DNA from: Planctomycetota bacterium
GTDB taxonomy: Bacteria > Planctomycetota > UBA1135 > UBA2386
Direction of reading: 5' to 3'
NCBI GenBank assembly: GCA_947501605.1
Contig: CANMWZ010000031.1
Coordinates: 1-49,907, forward strand
Length of the DNA: 49,907 nucleotides
How positions within the stretch are numbered: position 1 is the first letter of the stretch; the number at the start of each line of letters is the position of its first letter. This document shows, piece after piece, positions 20,008-27,634 of the stretch. The notes beneath the pieces are model-generated. The model made no database searches. It was not told the DNA's origin and worked only from the letters and a program-made list of their open reading frames with translations. The position numbers and the translations under genes were made by a program.

Positions 20008-21000
20008 TCAGAAACGGAACTCCGGGGGCTCCGGCGCGACGACGCGCAGAGGCTGACCACTCGCGGGATGTGGCAGGGTCAGTTCGGCGGCGTGCAGCAA
20101 AAAGGCGTCGAGCCGCTTGGCGGTCGAGCCGTAGCGAACGTCGCCAACGATCGGATGGCCCAAGTGGGCCAGATGGGCCCGGATCTGATGCATGCGGCCG
20201 GTGTGCAAGACGAGCCGCAACAGGGCGCGTTCGCCGCGAATCGCCAGCACTTCGTAGTCGGTGCGCGCAGTCTGTCCGCGGCGATCGACGCGGACCTTCT
20301 GGGCATCGCGCCGCACAGCGTCGACGACAAGCAACGGCGCATCGATCGTCCCGGTCCGCGGCGAGGGAATGCCATGCACAACCGCTAGGTAGACCTTGCG
20401 CGCGGTGCCGTCGCGAAACGCGGCGGCGAGCCCACGCAACCCGTTCGGCGTCAGCCCGATCGCGACCACACCCGAGGTGCCGCGGTCGATTCGATGCGCG
20501 GGCGCGGGCGCAAAGGTCGCCGTGCGAAGCTCCCTCGCATTGCGGTCGAGCCAAGAACAGAGGTCCGCGTCGTCCTGCCCCGTCCCTGGCTGCGAAGCCA
20601 TGCCCGCGGGCTTGTCGACAACCATCACTTCGGCATCGCGATACAACACCGTGGGCGCCCGCGCCCGTCCGCTTGCGGACCTGCGATCTGCGCCCCGACG
20701 CTCGACCTCACCCTTGCCGGCACGAACCACGTCGCGCGTTGCCCCTGACCCTCCGGGCGGGTGTGGTCGGCGCTCGGCGGCGGCACGCACCAAGTCGAGG
20801 TCGCGCTCGGGCAAGCGAAAGCTGAGCCTCATGCCCGCTTCGATTCGAAGATCCGGTTCCGCCTTCTTGCCATCGACGCGGATGCTGCCGCTACGCAGCG
20901 ACTTGAAGATGACGGCCAATGGCATCGTCTTCAGCAGCTTGCGCAGGTAGCGGTCGAGTCGCTGGCCGGCATCGGGGCTTGCTACAGGCAGCTCCAACAT
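20008..21000 (-). CDS. RluA-family (RluC/D-like) pseudouridine synthase with S4 domain
   Basis: GQRLDRYL S4 domain, VDKPAG, HRIDRGTSG (catalytic Asp), KVYLAVV, TGRMHQIRAH, PIVGDVRYG, LHA. Confidence 0.95.
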   Translation of the reverse strand: MLELPVASPDAGQRLDRYLRKLLKTMPLAVIFKSLRSGSIRVDGKKAEPDLRIEAGMRLSFRLPERDLDLVRAAAERRPHPPGGSGATRDVVRAGKGEVERRGADRRSASGRARAPTVLYRDAEVMVVDKPAGMASQPGTGQDDADLCSWLDRNARELRTATFAPAPAHRIDRGTSGVVAIGLTPNGLRGLAAAFRDGTARKVYLAVVHGIPSPRTGTIDAPLLVVDAVRRDAQKVRVDRRGQTARTDYEVLAIRGERALLRLVLHTGRMHQIRAHLAHLGHPIVGDVRYGSTAKRLDAFLLHAAELTLPHPASGQPLRVVAPEPPEFRF

Positions 21001-21051
21001 GAAACCGATCATCACCGCGCGGCGAACGCACGCAACGTGGAGCAAAAGAAC

Positions 21052-21276
21052 ATGGATATCACAATCCTTCACTGCACAGCTTGAGGCTACCGGCCTCGCG
21101 CGGCGGGTCTCGCCGCGCAAATCGAATCGGAGCTCGGTCTCAAAGCCACCCTGGTCGCAGGCAACGCCGGACAATTCGACGTCCTGTGCGACGGCGCGGT
21201 CATCGCCAGCAAGAAGGGCCGCGACTGGCCCGACCCGAGGAAGGTGATGGATGCGATCAGCCTGCTGTCGAAGTAG
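21052..21276 (+). CDS. SelW/SelT/SelH (Rdx) family selenoprotein; TGA 21082-21084 read as selenocysteine
   Basis: MDITILHCTA-U-GYRPRAAGLAAQIESELGLKATLVAGNAGQFDVLCDGAVIASKKGRDWPDPRKVMDAISLLSK*: CxxU plus Rdx hallmarks GYxPRA, GxFDV, DG..SK, WPD. SECIS-like hairpin follows the TGA. Confidence 0.92.
21098..21118 (+). promoter_or_regulatory. Bacterial SECIS element
   Basis: Perfect 8-bp stem GCGCGGCG/CGCCGCGC closing GGTCT, beginning 13 nt after the in-frame TGA. Confidence 0.8.
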
Positions 21277-22033
21277 TCGACGGGCCGCGCTGCGAAGTGC
21301 CCGGCGGCCCGATCCGCGTCACCGCATGGCTGCCCAAGGAGCCGATCTCGAAGACCAGCTGGTGCTGCGCCGCAAACGCCACGGCCTTTGCTTGCACCAA
21401 GCGACCGCCGGTCAAGAGCAACTCCGCGTAGTCGGAGAAGGCGACGCGGCCAGCCGCTGGCCCGTCGGCTGGATCGGCTTGGAACAGTCCATCGACGTCC
21501 TTCACCAACCGACAATGAGCCGCCAACCGCTGCGCCAGGAACAGCGCGGTCAGGTCCGATCCACCGCGTCCGAGCAGCACCGCGTTGCCCGATCCGTCGA
21601 CGGCGACGAAGCCGGGCACGACGGCGACGCCACTGCGGCCCAAAGCCGCGAGGCAGCGAGGCAACGACACGCCGACCGGATCGGCATCGAGCGGGTCACC
21701 TTCGGCCAGTAGCTGCAGCGCGGCAGGATCGAGCACCGCGGCGTCGAGACCTTCGACCGAAAGCGCCTCCGCGAGCATGGCGGCGCATTCGCGTTCGCCC
21801 GACGCCACGCGCGCCGCCACTGCCAGCGGGGACAGCGGCGGGCTCACGTGCGCGCACTCAGCCAGCAGTGCGTCGGTCCGTCCTTGCAGGGCTGAGACTA
21901 CGGCGAGGACCGCACGCCCCGTTCGGCGAAAGCGCGCCACCTCGGTCGCGACGCCCGCGAGCGCACTCCGATTGCACAGCACCGAGCCGCCGAACTTCAG
22001 CACCGAGATCGAAGCACCGTCCACCGGGTGCAT
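21257..22033 (-). CDS. Aspartate kinase-like protein, catalytic domain only
   Basis: VLKFGGSVL, AVVSALQGRTD, VASGE, VVPGF, LLGRGGSDLTA, KDVDGLFQADP; ends without ACT domains. Confidence 0.85.
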   Translation of the reverse strand: MHPVDGASISVLKFGGSVLCNRSALAGVATEVARFRRTGRAVLAVVSALQGRTDALLAECAHVSPPLSPLAVAARVASGERECAAMLAEALSVEGLDAAVLDPAALQLLAEGDPLDADPVGVSLPRCLAALGRSGVAVVPGFVAVDGSGNAVLLGRGGSDLTALFLAQRLAAHCRLVKDVDGLFQADPADGPAAGRVAFSDYAELLLTGGRLVQAKAVAFAAQHQLVFEIGSLGSHAVTRIGPPGTSQRGPSTTSTAG

Positions 22034-22065
22034 TCTCACCCGCGGCCCGCAGTTGGCAAGCAGCC

Positions 22066-24552
22066 TCAGCGGGCAAGGCGATCGACTGCGAGGAAGGCCA
22101 CGGCGTAGATGGCTGCCGCGCACAGCAGCACTGCGTTGAAACCGAAGTTCATCGACACGATCACCGTGGCGACCGAGCCGACGACCGTTGCCGAGCCGTT
22201 GACCGCCCAGGCCCACGGCACGAAGTGCGGGTTGGTCTTCGATAGCAATCGAACACCGTGGGCGAAGGGCACGCCGAGCAACAACGCCACGGGCGCGATC
22301 AAGACCCCGGCCACCACCGATCGAACAGCGATGGAGGTCCCGATGAACATGTCGACGATCGGCGTTCCGAGCGCCACCCACGCAACCAACATCAACAGGA
22401 TCCCCAGCGGGATCGCGCGCACGCGCGAGCGACCGCCGTCGAGCCACTTGCCCGACAGCGAACTGCCGAGGCCGGTGAAGATGAGGATCGAGAACAGCGT
22501 CACGACGATCGAGTAGAGCGGCTGCCCGAGCAACAGCGTCAACTTCTGGATCAGGGCGATCTCGATGAAGATGAAGCCCGCGCCGATGCCGGCGAAGTAG
22601 ATCAGGAACCGTCCTGAGTGCGCGCCCTTCTGCTGGGAGCGGCGGAACAGCAGCGGCACCACGATCAGCAACACCGCGATGACACTGGAGAACACCAGCT
22701 GGCCCCAGATGAACAGGGGGTTGCCCTGCGACATCGAAGTCAGCTCGTTGAGGTACTGCTTGGCTTCCGCCGGTGGCGTATCCCACCGGGTGAAGTTGAA
22801 GAAGTACGGCAGGTCGTCGGTCGTCGGCGAGATCGCGCGCGGGAAGTCGGCGATGAACTTCGCCTTGTCCTCGGTGCGCACGAAGTCCTGCACGACGCCG
22901 GCGATCTCGCGTTGCGGCAAGTAGCTGAGCTGGTGCTCGTTCTTGGTCGCGAACGACTCGATGTGCGCGACTTCCTCGGCGGTGAACTTGCCCTTCTTGA
23001 TCATCACTGCAGCGAGCTTGTCCCACGACGACGACGACGTGACGATGGCCACCGAGTCCTGGAAGTCGGCAACGCCAAGCCGGCGGAAGGCCTCGTAGAT
23101 GTTCGACAACAACCGGAGCTTCTCCATGTTGTCGCCCATGCGCGTGACCTGGATCACGCCGCCATCCGCGAGGTGCGAGTACATCTGCATCATCGCTTCG
23201 ACGGTGTACAGGTAGTTCTCAGCGAGCACGTAGGCGCCCGAAGTCAGCGCTGTCCACGTGTCGATGCCCGTCATCTGGACGATGTCGTAGCTGCCGTCAT
23301 CGCGCATCAGGGCCGAGCGCCCTTCGTCGTTGACCAGTTCGATGTTCGGGTCCTCGAGGATCCCCTTGCTGAACTCCTTGCCGACCGTGCGATGCACGTC
23401 GAGCACGCCGTAGTTGAGTTCGATGCCGCGGATCTTGCTGGCACCCGCGAGCTTGTTGGCCCAGATGTCGTTGCCGCCACCGACGCCGATGACGAACACG
23501 CGCGAGCCCTTGTCCTGCTTCATCGAGGCGGTGAGCGAGTAGAGCGAACGCGACAGCAGCCCGCGCGCCCCGGCCTTCTCGTCCGACAGGTTCGTCAAGA
23601 ACGTGCCGGCGTCGCCGTCCTGCATGATGTACTTCTGCTCGCCGAACGCCTCGCGCAGCGCCTTGGCAGCAGCAACGGGGTCGGCCGCGTGCTGGCCCTT
23701 GATCACATCCATCGCCCGCATGTCCGGCCCGGCCATCGCCAGCATGAGCCAGAGCACTTCGTCGCTCTTGCCGACGTCAATGCGGCTGTTGGTCGACCAG
23801 CGCGAGTAGATGTGCGGGACCCCGTTCGGGTTGTAGTTCGCGTTCTGCGTGAGGCGCAGAAAGCTCTTGCCCGGGATCGGCACGCTCTTGTCGAACGACG
23901 GAATCAACACGGCGCAGGTGATGCCGAGCGCCACCGCCGCAAGCCCGGAACCGCGCCGCAAACGCGCCGGCGCGACCGCCCACAGTGCTAGGAGACCGAG
24001 CACCGCGACGACCAGCAAGCAGCCGCCGGCGCCGAACGGCCACAATAGCATCGGGCAGAGGAGGCAGCCGAAGCCGGCGCCGAGCAGATCGCTGGCGTAG
24101 ACCGCGTGAATGCGGTGCGCGTAGGCCGACAAGATCAACCCGACCGCACCGCCGCCGAAAAAGAACGGGACCGCGAGCCCGAGGTTGTAGACCGCGAACT
24201 GGATGAAGTCCGAGCGCTCCTGATCGGACCACCCGAAGTTCAGTTGCTCGGGCACTGGCATCGCAATGGCGAACCACCAGGTAGCCCCGAGGGAGAGCAA
24301 GAACAGCAGCACCGAACCCCAGATCCAAACGATGGGGTTCTTGCGCCACTTCTCCTCGAGAATGGTCAGCACCGTGCCGCTCGCCCCGATCCCCAGCAGG
24401 CTGTTGCTGATGATCAGGAAGCTGAAGTGGAAGTGCAGTCGCAGCGCGCAGACTCGCGTCAGCAGCACCTGGAAGGTCAGCAACGCCGCCGAGAGGACGG
24501 CGATGCCGATGTAGACACCCAGGGGCACCTTGCGATCGGGAGAATCTTGCAT
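22066..24552 (-). CDS. Polytopic membrane protein with a central spermidine-synthase-like SAM-binding domain
   Basis: N-terminal TM bundle (YASDLLGAG), VIGVGGGNDI, GIELN, DEGRS, YDIVQ, LYTVEA, PTTDDLPYF, C-terminal TM bundle (WAWAVNG). Confidence 0.85.
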   Translation of the reverse strand: MQDSPDRKVPLGVYIGIAVLSAALLTFQVLLTRVCALRLHFHFSFLIISNSLLGIGASGTVLTILEEKWRKNPIVWIWGSVLLFLLSLGATWWFAIAMPVPEQLNFGWSDQERSDFIQFAVYNLGLAVPFFFGGGAVGLILSAYAHRIHAVYASDLLGAGFGCLLCPMLLWPFGAGGCLLVVAVLGLLALWAVAPARLRRGSGLAAVALGITCAVLIPSFDKSVPIPGKSFLRLTQNANYNPNGVPHIYSRWSTNSRIDVGKSDEVLWLMLAMAGPDMRAMDVIKGQHAADPVAAAKALREAFGEQKYIMQDGDAGTFLTNLSDEKAGARGLLSRSLYSLTASMKQDKGSRVFVIGVGGGNDIWANKLAGASKIRGIELNYGVLDVHRTVGKEFSKGILEDPNIELVNDEGRSALMRDDGSYDIVQMTGIDTWTALTSGAYVLAENYLYTVEAMMQMYSHLADGGVIQVTRMGDNMEKLRLLSNIYEAFRRLGVADFQDSVAIVTSSSSWDKLAAVMIKKGKFTAEEVAHIESFATKNEHQLSYLPQREIAGVVQDFVRTEDKAKFIADFPRAISPTTDDLPYFFNFTRWDTPPAEAKQYLNELTSMSQGNPLFIWGQLVFSSVIAVLLIVVPLLFRRSQQKGAHSGRFLIYFAGIGAGFIFIEIALIQKLTLLLGQPLYSIVVTLFSILIFTGLGSSLSGKWLDGGRSRVRAIPLGILLMLVAWVALGTPIVDMFIGTSIAVRSVVAGVLIAPVALLLGVPFAHGVRLLSKTNPHFVPWAWAVNGSATVVGSVATVIVSMNFGFNAVLLCAAAIYAVAFLAVDRLAR

Positions 24553-24828
24553 GAACAGTGCAGCAACGAGGAAACGAGCGGGCGAACGATAGCCAGCCCC
24601 TGATCGGGAGGAACGGAAATGAACTCGGGCCTGCGTCCGAGCCATGCCACGCGTCAGAGACCGGTCCGCGCGCCTTCGTTGGTCGACGCTTTCTCCCACG
24701 ACACCGAAGTCGGCGTGACGGCTAGGGCGACACCGGGGTCGCGAGTATCCGCATCGACCGATGGCGACGAGTTCTTGGCGAAGACCCCGCAGTCCGCTAG
24801 CGTTCTCGCCGCATCGAATGCCTCGCAC

Positions 24829-24915
24829 GCGAGAGTGGCGGAATTGGCAGACGCACAGGTTTTAGGTACCTGCGGGCGCAAGCCCTTCAGGGTTCAAGTC
24901 CCTGCTCTCGCACCA
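24829..24915 (+). tRNA. tRNA-Leu(TAG)
   Basis: Acceptor stem GCGAGAG/CTCTCGC + A + CCA; D-arm GGAATTGGCAGAC; anticodon arm CAGGT-TT-TAG-GT-ACCTG; long variable arm; T-loop GTTCAAGTC. Confidence 0.97.
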
Positions 24916-24932
24916 TGGACTCGAAGTCGGCA

Positions 24933-24959
24933 GCGACCGGCGCAGGCTGCGCCGGTCGC
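24933..24959 (+). terminator. GC-rich hairpin after the tRNA (terminator or processing stem)
   Basis: 12-bp perfect inverted repeat GCGACCGGCGCA-GGC-TGCGCCGGTCGC; U-tract weak. Confidence 0.5.
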
Positions 24960-25156
24960 CTGTCTTGCGCGCGGGCTCGTCTGGTTGGTGGCCTGGGAAC
25001 CCTGACAGTCGCTGTCAAGGTCCCACGACCCAGTCGACACGAGGCCCGACGATGGACACGAATCCGATCCAGCCCGGCGAGCAGTTCACCGGCGCACGCG
25101 AGCGGCAAACGAGCGGCCGCCGCTCGTCATCGCTCGCTGCAGTTCCGTCCAGCGGT

Positions 25157-25492
25157 ATGAACCGCAGCGAGAGCAACACGAAGAAGCCGCGCCTTCCCAA
25201 GATGGGGTGCCACAGCAGCGGCCAGGCCCGCGTCACTCCGAACGGCACGGTGCATTACCTCGGCGCCTTCGGCAGCCCGGAAGCCCACCAACGCTACGCA
25301 GAACTCATTCAGAAGTGGCTGAGCGGCGGAGGCCGACCGCCCGCAGAACTCCCCCACGCGAGCCAGGTAGTCCTGAACGTCCGCGACCTGTTCGCGCGCT
25401 ACCGCGAGTGAGTCGTCGCCACGGGGCGCCACCTCAAGAACGGCGCACCACGGCAAGAGCATCCGCTACCCGATCCCGCCGGCGGCAGTTGA
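25157..25492 (+). pseudogene. N-terminal fragment of a tyrosine recombinase/integrase
   Basis: PKMGCHSSGQARVTPNGTVHYLGAFGSPEAHQRYAELIQKWL resembles the N-terminus of planctomycete tRNA-associated integrases; internal TGA at 25409; no catalytic domain follows. Confidence 0.75.
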
Positions 25493-25516
25493 ACGACCGG
25501 GTGCATCCGTGGATGA

Positions 25517-27058
25517 GTGGCGCAAGTGCTGCGAATTGACAGCCCGGACTCACGCCATGAAGATGGGACCAGTTGGCGCCTGCGGGACGGCGCCGACGCG
25601 CGGACGGCGCTCAATGCGGACCCGGATGCCATGATGATGGACAGTCGCTCGAAATGCCCGTGGGTCGCCCCCCTGCCGCAGGACGTCGCCCGTGTTCCGG
25701 GCATGTTGAGTGACGAAGAGAAGCGTTACCTGTATTGGGTGGCGCGCCACGCATTCGAAGGCTGGGGGGCCATCGTCGACCTGGGGCCGTGGGTGGGATG
25801 CAGTAGTGCAGCGCTGGCAGCGGGTCTTCGGGACCGCGGTGCCGAGACCAAGGTGCACAGTTTCGATCGGTTCGAATGGAACCGCGGTTACATGGAGTGC
25901 CACCTCGCCGCAAACCTGCCAGAAGGTGCCGACTTCATGCCGATCTTCCTGCGCCAGACGGCGCCGGTGAAGGCTTGGATCGAGCCGCAGAAGATGGACC
26001 TCATGCGCGGCTCTTGGACAGGCGGTCCGATCGAGATCCTGTTTGTCGACGCGGCGAAGAGCTGGGAACTCAACAACGCCATCCTGCAGGCCTTTGGTCC
26101 GCATCTCGTTCCCGGCAAGTCGCGGGTCATCCAGCAGGATTTCCGTCACTTCCCCACCGTATGGTTTCCGCTGGTGTTCGACTCACGCCCCGACGTCTGG
26201 CGTCAGGTCGAGGCTGTTGAGTCGGGTTGGACCGTGACCTTCATGCCCCAGCGCCCCTTGTACGGCGAGGGAGGATTGGCGCCCGAGTATCGGGCCGCGG
26301 ATTTCACGTTCGAGGATGTCTGCCGGATCTTCCGGCGGCGCGTCGATGATGAGGTCGGTGCGGAAGCGCGGGTTCACTTCCTCACCGGCTGGCTCTGCGC
26401 GTCGCTGCTCCACGGGGACAAGGCAATCGAAGCGCTGCTACGACAGGAGATCGAGGGCTTGCGCTCGCGCACCAGGGCGGCGGAACACCTGCCGGAGGCG
26501 GAGAGGTGCACTGGGTTCGAACTCATGAATGTCGGCAAATTGCAGGCGGCGGAAGATGTTGGCCGACGATTGATGCAGCAGGATCCGGGATCGGCCGCCT
26601 TTGCCGCCTTGGCTGGTATCGCGGCGATCCGGCTTGGTCACCATGCGGTTGCATCGGAGTGCTTCGAGCGTGTCACAGCGCTCGATCCAGGCGACGTCAA
26701 CGCAGGGCTTCACTTGGCCGAGGTGCATGTCGAGCAGGGTCATCGCGAGTCAGCAATGCAGCGCATCACCGCTGCATTGCGGAGCCTGTCCAAGGATGAC
26801 TACAAGGATCTGCTGAGCTTGGCGTTCGGGGTCTACGAACGGTGGTGCTGGAAGTTCGGCACATGGCCTCTGGCTGAGCTGAAGGCTCTGTCTGCACGTT
26901 TCGATTCGGTGCCGGACTACCACGTCTTGATGGCAATCTCCCTGGCTATGACCGGGAACCGCCCGCTTGCCTGGGAAGCTCTGCGGCGGGCCCTGACGAT
27001 CGATCCCGTTCATGCTCGTGCCCGTGAGATCGAGACGCGCTACGGCGCGGAACGATGA
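25517..27058 (+). CDS. Class I SAM-dependent methyltransferase (Methyltransf_24-like) with C-terminal TPRs
   Basis: PGMLSDEEKRYLY, IVDLGPWVGCSS, VHSFDRF, IEILFVDAAKSW; TPR-like ends (ALDPGD, ALTIDP). Start may be ATG 25631. Confidence 0.85.
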   Translation: MAQVLRIDSPDSRHEDGTSWRLRDGADARTALNADPDAMMMDSRSKCPWVAPLPQDVARVPGMLSDEEKRYLYWVARHAFEGWGAIVDLGPWVGCSSAALAAGLRDRGAETKVHSFDRFEWNRGYMECHLAANLPEGADFMPIFLRQTAPVKAWIEPQKMDLMRGSWTGGPIEILFVDAAKSWELNNAILQAFGPHLVPGKSRVIQQDFRHFPTVWFPLVFDSRPDVWRQVEAVESGWTVTFMPQRPLYGEGGLAPEYRAADFTFEDVCRIFRRRVDDEVGAEARVHFLTGWLCASLLHGDKAIEALLRQEIEGLRSRTRAAEHLPEAERCTGFELMNVGKLQAAEDVGRRLMQQDPGSAAFAALAGIAAIRLGHHAVASECFERVTALDPGDVNAGLHLAEVHVEQGHRESAMQRITAALRSLSKDDYKDLLSLAFGVYERWCWKFGTWPLAELKALSARFDSVPDYHVLMAISLAMTGNRPLAWEALRRALTIDPVHARAREIETRYGAER

Positions 27059-27085
27059 GCAAGGGCGGGCCGCTTTGGCTCGAGC

Positions 27086-27104
27086 GCATAGGGAGTGCAA
27101 GCAG
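27086..27104 (-). mobile_element. oriIS-like end of an IS91/ISCR-type element
   Basis: Minus strand TTGCACTCCCTATGC matches the recalled ISCR oriIS TTGAACTTCCTATAC at 12/15; lies about 215 nt downstream of the transposase remnant in the expected orientation. Confidence 0.55.
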
Positions 27105-27318
27105 CGGTCCCGGACCAACCGGAACCCAGCCGCGCCATCCTGCCGGCACCTGCGCGCCCTCGGCCACCCGCTCACTCGCGCCCGATCGTTCTCATTTCGC
27201 ACCCCTTCGCAGCCGACTTCGCGCCCACCAGGCACACCGCTCTCCCGCCGCGACCGCCGTGAGGTCACCGCACCCGCTCTCTGATCACTCCGCGACACCC
27301 TCGTCGCCGCCCGCACCA

Positions 27319-27560
27319 TCAGCCGCCAACTGGCGGCGCGCTGCACGCCGCCAGCTCCGGCACCTCCGCAGACAGCCCCAGCGCACCGAGTCCGGGTCGT
27401 GGATCGCCGCAAGCACGCGACGCGTCCTCGCGCAGTGGGGGCAGAGCAAGACGTCGACACCGAACACCCGCATCCGCAGTGCGGCCCACGGATAGCGCCG
27501 CCGGCCACCGCATCGCTTGCCACCGCCACGTTGTGGATCGACAGAACTCTGTGGCCGCGC
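27319..27560 (-). pseudogene. C-terminal remnant of an IS91-family transposase, frameshifted
   Basis: RRYPWAALRMRVFGVDVLLCPHCARTRRVLAAIHDPDSV, then a frame change near 27384 to ALGLSAEVPELAACSAPP; matches the 'WAxLLxRVFxxDVLxCPxC...I.DP...LGL...PP' tail of IS91-like transposases. Confidence 0.8.
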
Positions 27561-27634
27561 CGGAAGCGGTTGAGGTCCTCGTGCGCATCGACATCTGTCT
27601 GCCCGTGGGCTGCGTCCAGGACCGCGGCACTCGA

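Larger units (their letters stand above)
24916..27630. mobile_element. Decayed genomic islet at the tRNA-Leu 3' end
   Basis: tRNA, then integrase fragment, one cargo gene with visibly more A/T-ending codons, then IS91-like remnant. No attR duplicate found, so the right boundary is approximate. Confidence 0.6.

Noticed and set aside
21545..21562. GGTCAGGTCCG resembling the SRP RNA core
   Set aside because: It is the antisense of the GGSDLT codons of the aspartokinase and lacks the GGAAGGAAGCAGC continuation.
25409..25411. Integrase TGA as a second selenocysteine codon
   Set aside because: No redox motif or SECIS-like hairpin; the frame closes 26 codons later; best explained as a nonsense mutation, probably TGG to TGA.
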